Source: a bacterium
GTDB lineage: Bacteria > Zhuqueibacterota > Zhuqueibacteria > Residuimicrobiales > Krinioviventaceae
Reading direction: 5' to 3'
NCBI GenBank assembly: GCA_963675755.2
Contig: CAXXMD010000003.1
Location: forward strand, 864,001-928,000
DNA: 64,000 nucleotides
In this document: positions 39,533 through 50,501 of the stretch, one piece after another
How positions within the stretch are numbered: the first letter of the stretch is position 1
Layout of the letters: every line of letters begins with the position of its first letter
Notes under the pieces: generated by a model
What the model was told of the DNA's origin: nothing
The model's input: the letters and a program-made list of their open reading frames with translations, nothing else
Databases searched by the model: none
Position numbers and translations under genes: made by a program

Positions 39533-40597
39533 TCAATCCAGATGTTTTAATTTCTCGGTTCGTTCAGCAATTTTTAACTGCTCAATCACTTCACTCAAAT
39601 CACCCTGCAGAATTTCTTCAAGACGGTATAATGTTAAACCAATTCGATGGTCTGTAACCCGGCCTTGAGGAAAATTATAAGTTCTGATCTTTGCGCTGCG
39701 GTCACCGGTACTTACCATAGAACGACGTTCCTGACTAAGCTTGTCCTGTTCTTCCTGGAGGGCTTTTTCATATAATCTTGAACGCAAAACCTTGAGCGCT
39801 TTGGCGCGGTTTTTATGTTGAGACTTTTCATCCTGACAGGTCACAACCATACCGGTGGGTATATGTGTAATTCGTACCGCGGAATCCGTTGTATTTACAC
39901 TTTGGCCGCCAGGACCAGAAGATCTGTAAACATCTATACGTAAATCATTGGCAGCAATTTGAACATCTATTTCTTCAGCTTCGGGCAGCACAGCTACCGT
40001 TGCCGCAGAGGTATGTATACGCCCACTGGTTTCAGTGTCCGGCACACGCTGCACCCGATGCACACCCGCTTCATATTTCATATAGCCGTAAACATCCTGT
40101 CCGCTGAGAGAAAAAATGATTTCACGAAAACCACCAATACCTTGTGGATTCGAGTTCATGATATCAATCTTCCATTTGTTCCGCTCGGCGTATTTCTGGT
40201 ACATTCTGTACAGATCACCAGCAAAAAGACCCGCTTCATCGCCACCAGTACCTGCCCTGATTTCAATCACGGCATTACGGGCATCCTGTGGGTCTTTGGG
40301 AATCAGCATAATACGGAGCTGTTCTTCAAGCGCAGTCTTGGTTTCTTCCAGTTCAGCCAATTCTGCCTCTGCAAGCTCACGCATTTCATCATCAGATTCC
40401 TGCAGCAGTTCTTTGGCGCCGTCAATATCTTCAATTATTTTTTTGTAATTTTTGTATTCTCGGACAATGGGAGCAAGGTCACTTTCTTCCTTTGCCACTT
40501 CGCGGTAAACATTGGGGTTACTGGCAACCTCGGGGTCACCCATTCTTTGTTCCAACTCGGAATACCGGTCTACAAGATTTTCTAATTTGTCTAACAC
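39533..40597 (-). CDS. prfA: Peptide chain release factor 1
   Basis: GGQ motif; PxT (VPDTE) anticodon mimic. Confidence 0.97.
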   Translation of the reverse strand: MLDKLENLVDRYSELEQRMGDPEVASNPNVYREVAKEESDLAPIVREYKNYKKIIEDIDGAKELLQESDDEMRELAEAELAELEETKTALEEQLRIMLIPKDPQDARNAVIEIRAGTGGDEAGLFAGDLYRMYQKYAERNKWKIDIMNSNPQGIGGFREIIFSLSGQDVYGYMKYEAGVHRVQRVPDTETSGRIHTSAATVAVLPEAEEIDVQIAANDLRIDVYRSSGPGGQSVNTTDSAVRITHIPTGMVVTCQDEKSQHKNRAKALKVLRSRLYEKALQEEQDKLSQERRSMVSTGDRSAKIRTYNFPQGRVTDHRIGLTLYRLEEILQGDLSEVIEQLKIAERTEKLKHLD

Positions 40598-40687
40598 GTA
40601 TTATTCCATTTAATTAAACCAAAAAAAAAACGGAATAATACCCGTGCAAAACAGGTATAATATTCCGTTTTTTTCAAGTGAATATAT

Positions 40688-40909
40688 TTACTTGGCCGCT
40701 TGCTGCTTGTTGTAATTTCCATATTTTTTACGGAATTTATCAACTCGTCCTGCGGTATCAACCAATTTTTGCTTACCGGTAAAAAATGGATGACATTCGG
40801 AACAAATTTCCACCTGTATATCACCTACGGTAGAACGAGTTTGAAATGTATTCCCACATGCACAAGAGACCGTACATATTTCGTATTGGGGATGTATTTC
40901 TGGTTTCAA
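40688..40909 (-). CDS. rpmE: 50S ribosomal protein L31 (zinc-binding type)
   Basis: [21 protein letters not shown]; TTG start after AGGAGG. Confidence 0.95.
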   Translation of the reverse strand: MKPEIHPQYEICTVSCACGNTFQTRSTVGDIQVEICSECHPFFTGKQKLVDTAGRVDKFRKKYGNYNKQQAAK

Positions 40910-40996
40910 AACTAACCTCCTGGTCAACAAAACGCTAAATTTCTTTTTACAGAAGATAAAGTTATATAAAAAAAATCAAAAAAGCAAGAAAAAATC

Positions 40997-42244
40997 TTAC
41001 ATACTCATTGAATCAAGGAAAATTTTATTAGCTTTTGTTCCCTGCATTTTGCCCAGCATGAATTCCATCGCCTCTACCGGTGTCAATTCAGCCAGTAATT
41101 TACGAAGGATCCAAACACGGTTCAATTCTTTATCCGGCAGCAGTAATTCTTCCTTACGGGTGCTTGAACGGTTCACATCAATTGCCGGGAAGATACGACG
41201 ATCAGACAAACGACGATCCAATACAAGCTCCATGTTACCGGTACCTTTAAATTCTTCAAAAATAACTTCATCCATACGGCTACCGGTATCGATTAATGCA
41301 GTAGCGATGATGGTCAAACTTCCACCTTCTTCTATGTTACGTGCAGCACCAAAGAAGCGTTTCGGTCTATGCAGTGCGTTTGCATCCACACCACCTGAAA
41401 GGATTTTGCCACTATGAGGTACAACCGCATTGTGCGCACGGGCCAAACGGGTAATACTGTCCAGCAGAATAACAACGTCCTGACCGTATTCAATGAGACG
41501 TTTTGATTTCTCAAGCACCATATCCGCAACCTGAACATGTCGTTCTGCAGGCTCATCAAATGTTGAACTGACCACTTCGGCGTTCACTGAACGTTCCATA
41601 TCGGTTACTTCTTCAGGACGTTCATCGATCAGCAATACAATCAGTTTGACTTCGGGATGATTTTTTGAAATGGCGTTGGCAATTTTCTGCAAAAGGATGG
41701 TTTTACCGGTTTTGGGCTGAGCTACAATAAGACCACGCTGTCCCTTACCAATTGGCGTAAGCAGATTCATGATACGCATTGAATACTCACGGGGAGTGGA
41801 TTCAAGATCAATCCGCTCTTCCGGATACAGTGGTGTAAGATTGTCGAACAGGATCTTTGATTTAGCTTCTTCAGGATTTTCAAAGTTGATAGCTTCAACC
41901 TTGAGCAACGCGAAAAAACGCTCGTTTTCTTTTGGGGGCCGTATCTGACCTGAAATTGTGTCACCGGTCCTCATTCCAAAACGTTTGATTTGAGACGGTG
42001 ATACATAAATATCATCCGGACCGGGCAGATAATTGAATCCCGGAGAACGCAAAAAACCGTATCCATCAGGTAAAACTTCTAATACACCTTCGCCAAAAAT
42101 CAAACCTTCTTTTTTGGTTTGTTCTTCCAAAATTTTAAAGATCAGCTCGGCCTTTTTCAAACCCGTAATGCCTGATACACCAAGCTCCTGGGCCATTTGT
42201 GTCAATTCAGCAATCTTTAACACTTTGAGTTCAGCAATGTCCAT
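40997..42244 (-). CDS. rho: Transcription termination factor Rho
   Basis: [28 protein letters not shown]. Confidence 0.98.
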   Translation of the reverse strand: MDIAELKVLKIAELTQMAQELGVSGITGLKKAELIFKILEEQTKKEGLIFGEGVLEVLPDGYGFLRSPGFNYLPGPDDIYVSPSQIKRFGMRTGDTISGQIRPPKENERFFALLKVEAINFENPEEAKSKILFDNLTPLYPEERIDLESTPREYSMRIMNLLTPIGKGQRGLIVAQPKTGKTILLQKIANAISKNHPEVKLIVLLIDERPEEVTDMERSVNAEVVSSTFDEPAERHVQVADMVLEKSKRLIEYGQDVVILLDSITRLARAHNAVVPHSGKILSGGVDANALHRPKRFFGAARNIEEGGSLTIIATALIDTGSRMDEVIFEEFKGTGNMELVLDRRLSDRRIFPAIDVNRSSTRKEELLLPDKELNRVWILRKLLAELTPVEAMEFMLGKMQGTKANKIFLDSMSM

Positions 42245-42694
42245 GAATCTCCTCTTAATTTATTTGGTTCTAAACATTAATTTCAATTATTCCTGATTTG
42301 AATTTAATTGATGGCAAGTCTTTTATCAGAATAGACAAACAGTTGTCCCCTGTTTATATGCCGATATGTTCCCTGTAAAAAATCAGGATGCTTTTTATTT
42401 TTATTAATTGTACTACCAGAGTAGAATTATTTTTTTGGTTATGTAATTTCAAATATTTAATATCTTGTAAACAGCGTCATTCTAATTGACAAACCTGTTT
42501 ATTCCACATGCGTTCTTTGAGTTCGTTATAATCAAAATACCAGTCTAATTCAGGCTATTCTTTATGACCCCTAATTTCACTCTTTTTTGTTTTCAATATC
42601 AATATTCAGCAAAATGTCAATTAACTTAACCATGTAGCATAAAGGAGAATTATCTGGAGTGTTAATATCCATGAGGTAATGAAGATTACAGCTA

Positions 42695-42723
42695 AAATTA
42701 TAAATTTTTTTTCAGCTTGTCAA
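42695..42723 (-). promoter_or_regulatory. Probable rho promoter (~440-nt leader)
   Basis: TTGACA-N17-TAATTT overlapping the folC stop. Confidence 0.5.
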
Positions 42724-43992
42724 GCTATTTATTATTTTTAATACTTTTCCTGCAACATAATGCGAACCGGTTATACAATACATTTTTTCTGCATTATGAT
42801 CAGAGAATATTAGCTGCAATGCTTTTTCGATAGATAAAACCTCCACAGGTATTTTATATAACATCAGTTTTTCAACAATCATTTCACTTTTTATAGCTCT
42901 TTTTGAATCTGGTGGAACAACATAAACCAGATCAGCTGAGCCCGCTAATGATTTGCAGATTCCATCTACATCCTTGTCTGCCAGCAAGCCCATTACAAAA
43001 GTCTTGAAAAATTGTGGATACACATCATTCACAACCTGGACCAATTCAACAAATGCGCTTTTATTATGAGCCACATCAAGAATTACCGGAGGATGTTTTC
43101 TGAGCAATTGAAATCGGCCGCTCCAGTCTGCTGTTTGCAGACCGGATACAAGCTGACTGTCGGTAATTTTAACAAAGAATTCACTGATTCGAAATGAAGC
43201 GGCTACAATACCTGCATTGCGCGCAAATTGGGGTCCCGGAAATGGTATTTGCAAAGAAATCGCTTTATTTTCACTATTTCGTATTGCAAACTTTGTTCCA
43301 TTTTCATCAGTAACAACAGATTCTATTGAATAAATCTCATTTGCGCGGTACATTTTGCTGCTTTTCTGCTTACAAATCACTTGAATAACCTGTTCAGCTT
43401 TGCGGGGTAATTCTCCAATAATACAGGGCACATTCTTTTTAACAATCCCAGCTTTAACCTCTGCAATTTCTTCAATGCTGTTTCCTAAAAAGTCAGTATG
43501 CTCTAAATCAATGCTGGTAATAACAGACAACAACGGCGACACAACATTTGTTGCATCATCTCTGCCGCCCAGACCAGTTTCCAGAACAACCATATCCACC
43601 TGATTTTGAGCAAAATACATGAATGCCAATGCTGTCAAAGATTCAAAGAACGTGGTTCCCGCCGCCTCTATGTGGGGACGCATGGTATTAACCAGAGACA
43701 AAAAATCATCACGGGATATCATTTCGCCATTAATTCGTATCGTTTCCCGCACATCTATTAAATGCGGAGAAGTAAACAGTCCGGTTTTATAACCCGCCTG
43801 TCGCAATACAGACTCGTACATGGCTGCGGTAGTACTTTTGCCATTAGTGCCCGCTATATGAATAAATGCTGTTTTTTCGTGTGGATTATTCAGCAGTTCT
43901 AACAAATTCTCAATCCGCTCAAGGCCAAGCTGCCAGCCAGCACCCTGCAGATCCAGCATATAGTGTAATGCCTGCTGATAATCGCTGTACAT
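42712..43992 (-). CDS. folC: Folylpolyglutamate synthase/dihydrofolate synthase
   Basis: AGTNGKS, FTSPH, ETGLGG..DATN, DVAHN, TGS. Confidence 0.93.
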   Translation of the reverse strand: MYSDYQQALHYMLDLQGAGWQLGLERIENLLELLNNPHEKTAFIHIAGTNGKSTTAAMYESVLRQAGYKTGLFTSPHLIDVRETIRINGEMISRDDFLSLVNTMRPHIEAAGTTFFESLTALAFMYFAQNQVDMVVLETGLGGRDDATNVVSPLLSVITSIDLEHTDFLGNSIEEIAEVKAGIVKKNVPCIIGELPRKAEQVIQVICKQKSSKMYRANEIYSIESVVTDENGTKFAIRNSENKAISLQIPFPGPQFARNAGIVAASFRISEFFVKITDSQLVSGLQTADWSGRFQLLRKHPPVILDVAHNKSAFVELVQVVNDVYPQFFKTFVMGLLADKDVDGICKSLAGSADLVYVVPPDSKRAIKSEMIVEKLMLYKIPVEVLSIEKALQLIFSDHNAEKMYCITGSHYVAGKVLKIINSLTS

Positions 43993-43999
43993 ATCCCTC

Positions 44000-45691
44000 T
44001 CAATCCACCCGGTATGGTGAATTCCAGTAAAATCGTGTCAAGCCATTATCGGTACCAAACCAGATATAATCTCCATCCAGGTAAAGAGACAGAACCAGGT
44101 CAGAGGGCAACCCATCTTCCATTGTATATTGCACCCAATATTGCCGTTCACGGTCAAATTTCAATACGCCCTCATCGGTTGCAACCCATACAGCCTTTTT
44201 ATCTGCCGCTATACGATTAATATTTCCACGGGTCTGGTACAATCTGGCTGGAGGATCAAGCCAGTCATTCTTGTCAACATCAAAAGCGGAAATACCTTCA
44301 TCCGTACCGAACCATACCTGGTTATCAAAAACAGATACTGCGTATGTAGCCCGATCTGCCGGCCCTACCGACCCTGAATAAAATCCGCCTGAATCGGAGA
44401 TTGTATCATGTACATATATTCCAAACTCTGTGGCGAGCCACAAGAGGTTATATTGCTGTTCAATGTCATAAATTACCAGATTGCGCAATGCGGGATAATT
44501 GAGATGGGTAAGTTTATCTTTATAATACCCAGAACTGTTCCGGCTCAGATAAGATACACCCTCATCAGTTGCTACCCATACATGTTCTCCATCTGTAATG
44601 ACATCATGAACATAATTATCAACCAGGTTATCAGAAGAGTTCAAGGTACGCCAGTTATCACGATCGCGATCATGACGAACCAGCCCGTTTTCAGTCCCAA
44701 ACCAGACAAAATCCTCATCACTGGCAATAGAGGTCACCTGGGCGTTATCAAACCCGGTAAACAAATATTCTTCATAAAATGTCGATTCCTGGGCTTGTGG
44801 ATCAAACAGCGTTACAGCATTACGTTCTTCCTGAATGCCGCCCAGCCAGAACGATTCATGGTCTCTGTAAATAGCATCAACATTCTGATCCCACAATCCA
44901 TAATTCAGCATCTCAAGGCGTTGGGTCAACACATCGCCTTTACCGGCACCAAGCCCCCAGGTTCCCAACCAGACTTTGTTCCAACGATCAAATGCCCACG
45001 CGGTTATGGGGTATTCTCTAAACTGCAAATCTTTAATCAACAGGTCCTTTTCGTTAAAAAAGTAGCCGTTATCCATAAACATATAATTCAGCTTGGTGCG
45101 CTTGTTGTCATGCAGCCATTGCCACTCGATATTGTTTTGATTTGTAAAATTGTCCAGATTTTGCACATTTCCTGCTTCTTTAAAAAAAGCCAGCATGGTA
45201 TTGTTGGTAACATAAATATTGCGGTCCGGGGTCATGATATATACATTGTGATTTCCAAATCCCAAAGCTATTGCTTTTTGATCAAACTCGACCGGCATCT
45301 CATCATAAAAAGCATTAAACCAGCGATGCGTTGCCGGTTCCATGTAACTGATACCGGTTTCTCTTACACACCACAAAAATCCCGTAGAAAAATCTAACGC
45401 GGTTATAAATATATTCTGATCTGCCAGGCCATTACTGATGGTGTAGGGAGTTTCCCACTTTTCGCTGAAATAATTATAACGGGTTATGCCCCCGGTTGTT
45501 GAAAAATAGACATACTGTTCACCTACCGACACATGACGAACAAACCGTGTAGATGAATAGGTTATCCAATCACCATCCTCGTAATGCCGGTTTGTCTCAC
45601 GTATACGATACGAAGCAAATGATGCTGATGAAAAAATCATTATACTCAGCAAACACAAAACCAGTACCTTTTGCAGTCTATGCAGTTTCAT
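44000..45691 (-). CDS. Secreted beta-propeller protein (two-component regulator propeller-like repeats)
   Basis: Signal peptide; repeated VWFGT..G motifs; GLPSD.V. Confidence 0.75.
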   Translation of the reverse strand: MKLHRLQKVLVLCLLSIMIFSSASFASYRIRETNRHYEDGDWITYSSTRFVRHVSVGEQYVYFSTTGGITRYNYFSEKWETPYTISNGLADQNIFITALDFSTGFLWCVRETGISYMEPATHRWFNAFYDEMPVEFDQKAIALGFGNHNVYIMTPDRNIYVTNNTMLAFFKEAGNVQNLDNFTNQNNIEWQWLHDNKRTKLNYMFMDNGYFFNEKDLLIKDLQFREYPITAWAFDRWNKVWLGTWGLGAGKGDVLTQRLEMLNYGLWDQNVDAIYRDHESFWLGGIQEERNAVTLFDPQAQESTFYEEYLFTGFDNAQVTSIASDEDFVWFGTENGLVRHDRDRDNWRTLNSSDNLVDNYVHDVITDGEHVWVATDEGVSYLSRNSSGYYKDKLTHLNYPALRNLVIYDIEQQYNLLWLATEFGIYVHDTISDSGGFYSGSVGPADRATYAVSVFDNQVWFGTDEGISAFDVDKNDWLDPPARLYQTRGNINRIAADKKAVWVATDEGVLKFDRERQYWVQYTMEDGLPSDLVLSLYLDGDYIWFGTDNGLTRFYWNSPYRVD

Positions 45692-45700
45692 TCCCTACCC

Positions 45701-47047
45701 CTAATCTTTGATTCCATACTTTTTCAGCTTTTTGTGTAAATTGGCGCGGTCTGTATCCAAAATCTGGGCAATCTTGCTAACATTCCCTTTATATTTTGAA
45801 TGGGCGTCCATCAGTACACGTTTTTCAAAATCTATCATTTGCTGCTTTAATGAAACATTTTTGGTTACAATTTCTTTTTCCGGTACGGATGCGTCTCCCA
45901 GGGCTGTTTGAATATCGGCTGCTTCAATAATATCCGACGGATTCATGATTGCTAAACGCTCAATGGTATTCCTGAGTTCCCGTATGTTGCCCGGCCAGGG
46001 ATATAACATCAATTCTGCAATAGCAGACGGGCTGATTTCTTTTTCTTTTTTACCATTCCTGACCGAATAGATCCGCATAAAATGCTTTGCCAAAATGGGT
46101 ATATCCTGCACCCGGTCTTTTAATGGTGGTACGGTAATGGGCACCACATTCAAACGAAAGTACAAATCTTCCCGAAAGCGTTCCTGTTCAATCTCTTTTA
46201 AAAGATCTTTGTTGGTTGCTGAAATAATACGAACATTGAACTTTATGGGTTTTGTCCCCCCCAGCCTGAAAAACTCATTTTCCTGCAAGACCCGAAGCAG
46301 TTTGGCCTGGGTCTCGAGAGACATGTCACCCACTTCATCCAATAGCAGAGTTCCGCCTTCAGCAGATTCAATTAATCCAATCTTTTGGCGTGCGGCGCCT
46401 GTAAATGCACCTCTTTCATAGCCAAAAAGCTCGCTTTCAATCAAATCTTTGGGGAACGCGGCGCAATTCAACTGTACAAACGGGCCTTTTTTACGCAGAC
46501 TTTTGTAATGGATATCACGGGCAACCAGTTCTTTACCGCTGCCGTTTTCACCATAAATCAAAATCCTTCCATCACTGGGCGCTGCCTGTTCAATGGTTTT
46601 GCGCAATTCACGCATAACAACCGTCTCGCCAAGCATTTGATGGTCCAGATCTACCAGCTTTTCCAGTTCTTTCATCCGGTCACGGATGGCTGATTGTTCT
46701 TTGATCTTTTTCAGTTCTAAAATAACTTTATCAGGATTCAGCGGCTTTTCCATAAAATCATATGCACCCAGCTTGGTGGCCTGCACCGCTGTGGCAATAT
46801 CCGCATTGCCTGAAATCATGAACACAATCAAAGCGGGTTGTATCCCCAATATTTCCTTTAACGCTTCAATACCGCTCATGCCCCCCATCATTACATCCAG
46901 AAACGCGATATCAAAATTTCGGGTCCGGGCAATTTCTACCGCCTCTTCTCCCGAGTTACAGGTTTCAACCTGATGGCCCTCACGGCCAAGCAGCCATTTT
47001 AACGATTCACATATATTTTTTTCGTCATCAGCTACAAGAATGTTCAT
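45701..47047 (-). CDS. Sigma-54-dependent response regulator (NtrC/NtrX-like)
   Basis: Receiver domain, GENGSGKE, GAFTGA, WPGNIREL, Fis-type HTH. Confidence 0.95.
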   Translation of the reverse strand: MNILVADDEKNICESLKWLLGREGHQVETCNSGEEAVEIARTRNFDIAFLDVMMGGMSGIEALKEILGIQPALIVFMISGNADIATAVQATKLGAYDFMEKPLNPDKVILELKKIKEQSAIRDRMKELEKLVDLDHQMLGETVVMRELRKTIEQAAPSDGRILIYGENGSGKELVARDIHYKSLRKKGPFVQLNCAAFPKDLIESELFGYERGAFTGAARQKIGLIESAEGGTLLLDEVGDMSLETQAKLLRVLQENEFFRLGGTKPIKFNVRIISATNKDLLKEIEQERFREDLYFRLNVVPITVPPLKDRVQDIPILAKHFMRIYSVRNGKKEKEISPSAIAELMLYPWPGNIRELRNTIERLAIMNPSDIIEAADIQTALGDASVPEKEIVTKNVSLKQQMIDFEKRVLMDAHSKYKGNVSKIAQILDTDRANLHKKLKKYGIKD

Positions 47048-48336
47048 TGCATAACACCCGGTTTTTGGCCGTCCTGTTCCACCAGCCTGTTGATTCGGCT
47101 GGCATTGGCAGGAGACGCAATTAATTTCACGATTGTTTTATTATCCTCAGTATATTCAATATCAGAGACATCTCCCAATTCATGCAATTGCGAAATCAGT
47201 CGTGTTTGGTGCGAATCCAGAACCAGCTCCATAGCCCGGGTATTTTTCTCTGCAAATTCTAAAACTTTGGCCTCCAGATCGTGCAAATAGATGCCCCGCT
47301 CTGCGGAAACAAACACACAAGGCTCATCGGTCAATTTCAATTTATCAATAATGGCGGAATCTTCCAGCAGGTCAATTTTATTAAAGACTTTGAGAACAGG
47401 TTTACCCTTAACTCCCATTTCCTCAAGAACTTTTTCTACTACAGTAATCTGGTCCATAAAATCAGGAGAAGAGATATCAATCACATGCAGCAACAGATCG
47501 GCTTCAGAGACTTCTTCAAGGGTGCTTTTAAAAGAGGCTACCAGATGATGTGGTAATTTCCGGATAAATCCCACTGTATCAATCAGCAGCATGTTTCTGT
47601 GTTCAGAGATATCAAGATTACGGATTGTTGAGTCCAGTGTTGCAAACAACTGATCTCGCACCAGGGTACCTGCACCAGTCAGGGCATTCATCATGGTAGA
47701 TTTACCGGCATTGGTATAGCCCACCAGCGCAGCCTTGAACAACTCGTTGCGTTTTTTACGACGGTTATCACGTTGTTTTTTAATACGTTCCAGTTCTTCT
47801 TCAAGCACACTGATACGCTTACGGATCAACCGACGATCCACTTCAAGCTGGGTTTCACCAGGGCCCCTTACACCAATACCACCTACCTGTCGGGACAAGT
47901 GAGTCCATTGTCGTGTTAAACGGGGAAGAAAATAATTCAACTGGGCCAGCTCTACCTGGGTGCGCGCTTCCCGGGTACGGGCGTGTTTGGCAAAAATATC
48001 CAGAATCAGACCGCTTCTGTCTAATATTTTCAGCTTGGTCATATTTTCAATATTCTTGACTTGTGCGGGTGACAGGTCATCATCAAAGATGATAATATCC
48101 GCATTGATATATTTGGCAATATTTGCCACTTCTTCAATCTTGCCCCGACCCAGCATATAAGCGGGATCCATTTTAGTGCGCTCCTGCACTACCCTTTCAA
48201 GTACTTCGGCACCCGCGGTATCTGCCAGTAATTCGAGTTCATCCAGATAATCATCTACCTGAGAGCGGCGCTGTCCATAACGAACCAGCCCAACGACTAT
48301 GGCCCGCTCCCGATTAAATATCATTGTATTTTGCAA
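47044..48336 (-). CDS. hflX: GTPase HflX
   Basis: GPGETQLE, GYTNAGKS, LFATLD, DTVGF, NKID. Confidence 0.97.
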   Translation of the reverse strand: MQNTMIFNRERAIVVGLVRYGQRRSQVDDYLDELELLADTAGAEVLERVVQERTKMDPAYMLGRGKIEEVANIAKYINADIIIFDDDLSPAQVKNIENMTKLKILDRSGLILDIFAKHARTREARTQVELAQLNYFLPRLTRQWTHLSRQVGGIGVRGPGETQLEVDRRLIRKRISVLEEELERIKKQRDNRRKKRNELFKAALVGYTNAGKSTMMNALTGAGTLVRDQLFATLDSTIRNLDISEHRNMLLIDTVGFIRKLPHHLVASFKSTLEEVSEADLLLHVIDISSPDFMDQITVVEKVLEEMGVKGKPVLKVFNKIDLLEDSAIIDKLKLTDEPCVFVSAERGIYLHDLEAKVLEFAEKNTRAMELVLDSHQTRLISQLHELGDVSDIEYTEDNKTIVKLIASPANASRINRLVEQDGQKPGVMQ

Positions 48337-48379
48337 TAAAACCTCATTCTTACATAAATTTCAGCGGTCAATCAATTTG

Positions 48380-50455
48380 TTATTCTTCAAGACTTGACCG
48401 ACTTTTAAACAACAGCATTTCGATAACAACAAGCACCAATGCTGCCAGTACAAAATAAAACCACAATTCCACACCATAACGGTTCTGATACATAAACGTT
48501 GCAATATCAGCATTTTCATCCACAAAATTTACACCGAAACGGCTTTTCATTTCTTTTTCATCAACAGGGGTCAGATCCGATTCACGGGAATCCGTATTTA
48601 CTGCCCAATTCCATAAAGTCTGGTTATTCGCCAACAGCTCATATATACCCGGCTCATTTGTTTCTACATATTCAACTCGGGGGCCCGACGCATGAACAAC
48701 CGGTTCTATACGATCAAAACTGCCATCAGGGCGTTTGATTTCCAACTTTTCCTGAACATGTTCAACCGCCAGCGAGGTTCGCAAGGGGTTACCCACTATT
48801 GTTGAAAGTGAATCTGTTTTATATCTTGACCCGGCATATTGAACAATACGGTTCATCAAAGGTGCAAACAGCGTACGTCGCGACAAATCAGTTATTTCAG
48901 GCTGTAAACCGCTGGTGAGTACCAGTATTGTTCCCTCACCCAAAGATTTTTTAAACAAATAGGGATCGCCGGTACTGTAATCAAATATACGCTCAAAGGA
49001 CTGATTTGTATCCATCACATTGGCGTAACCGAAACGCGGTTTATCGAAATCCGAATTTACATTCTCAAACATACCATAAAACAGGGGATGAGAAAAATCC
49101 ATTGCACCCAGAGAAAATGTAGTATACTCTGTTGAAATGCTGTTTCCAATACTCGATTTGATTTCGGGCAAGCGCATTTGGTTTAAAAAGCGATTAAACG
49201 CCTGGATGTCGGTATGCGGCCCCAATACAAGAAACAAACCACCGCCATTCTGAACAAATGAATAAATCCGGTCAACCATATTATTGGGTACAGACATGAT
49301 ATCCACCAACACCAGTACATCATATCCCGAGATACGGGTTGTGGCAAAATCGCTGCTGTTGATTATGTCCAGAGCAAAGCGGTTCATCTCAACATGTCTG
49401 GGATTCAAGGCCATGGATAAAAGATCAGCGTCCCTGGTATTTGTATAAACCAGGCCGGCTTTTATTTGTTCCGGCACATAGATTGAAAAATATCGGTTAT
49501 TGTCCATAGCCAGATCATCATCTTCCAGCTTTACATACCCATTAATAAATCCGGCCTTGTTCAAAACAAATTTAAACGTTTCAACCGCAGAAGCATTTGG
49601 CGGCAATTGCAATATAGTTTGCGCGGTTTTTTCATCATTGACAAACAGCTCTGCCAATGTATTCTCTGTTGCATGTTTGCCCGAATTGAAAAATTCGACC
49701 TGTAATTCAACCAGCTTTTCTTTTTCAAGCAAGGTTGAAACAATTTTTAAATCTTTAATACCAATATTATGGATAGAGCTGGCACGCAGGGGTATTGCGA
49801 ATGTATTTACAGCGGCATCATGTATTGAAACAGTATCCTGGCTGGTTAAAAAATCCTGAAGATCTGAAAAAATATAAATTTCTTTATTCACATCCCGCGA
49901 CTGCTGCAGCAAGCTGTGAGCTTTTTGTATAGCTGCGGACAAGTTTCCGCTTGTATAACCCGGTTGCAGGGATTCAATCTTTTCCGATATAAATTCTCCC
50001 GGTCGCTCGCCTCCCTTTAATGCCTGTGATGTGTCTGTTACAGAAACAAAATAGGCATTGTCTCCCTGCTGAATGGACGCAACCAATGCTTCTGCTTTTA
50101 TTTTTGCGCGCTCCAGTAAAGACTGGTTTTCCGTAACCGCGTTCATGCTGTATGAATTATCCAGTATTACAGCCAAACTCGATTTGGCATTACTTTCAAG
50201 CACTCCGGATAATGTTCCCTGTAATGTGGGTCTGGCAAATGCCAGCACAAGCAACAAGATGATCAAAGTACGTATAATCAAAAGCAGCAATTGCTTGATC
50301 TTTAACCTTTTGATCTTTTGCTGTTGCAGCTCTTTGAGAAAACTCAGCGTACTGAACGGTATGTTCCTTGAACGGGAGCGGTTTAAAAAATGAATAAGCA
50401 GTGGAATGGAAGCGGCTATTAAACCAATTAATATACCGGGATTTATAAAGTTCAA
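48380..50455 (-). CDS. BatA-type N-terminal double-TM / VWA-domain membrane protein
   Basis: IPLLIH..F..L.FL, LAFARP, DNSYSM MIDAS, FSDLQ, DN.RY, RESDL, C-terminal TM. Confidence 0.85.
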   Translation of the reverse strand: MNFINPGILIGLIAASIPLLIHFLNRSRSRNIPFSTLSFLKELQQQKIKRLKIKQLLLLIIRTLIILLLVLAFARPTLQGTLSGVLESNAKSSLAVILDNSYSMNAVTENQSLLERAKIKAEALVASIQQGDNAYFVSVTDTSQALKGGERPGEFISEKIESLQPGYTSGNLSAAIQKAHSLLQQSRDVNKEIYIFSDLQDFLTSQDTVSIHDAAVNTFAIPLRASSIHNIGIKDLKIVSTLLEKEKLVELQVEFFNSGKHATENTLAELFVNDEKTAQTILQLPPNASAVETFKFVLNKAGFINGYVKLEDDDLAMDNNRYFSIYVPEQIKAGLVYTNTRDADLLSMALNPRHVEMNRFALDIINSSDFATTRISGYDVLVLVDIMSVPNNMVDRIYSFVQNGGGLFLVLGPHTDIQAFNRFLNQMRLPEIKSSIGNSISTEYTTFSLGAMDFSHPLFYGMFENVNSDFDKPRFGYANVMDTNQSFERIFDYSTGDPYLFKKSLGEGTILVLTSGLQPEITDLSRRTLFAPLMNRIVQYAGSRYKTDSLSTIVGNPLRTSLAVEHVQEKLEIKRPDGSFDRIEPVVHASGPRVEYVETNEPGIYELLANNQTLWNWAVNTDSRESDLTPVDEKEMKSRFGVNFVDENADIATFMYQNRYGVELWFYFVLAALVLVVIEMLLFKSRSSLEE

Positions 50456-50501
50456 TTTTACCTACATAATTTAAATCAAAATAACAGGTACCCGAATGTT
50501 G

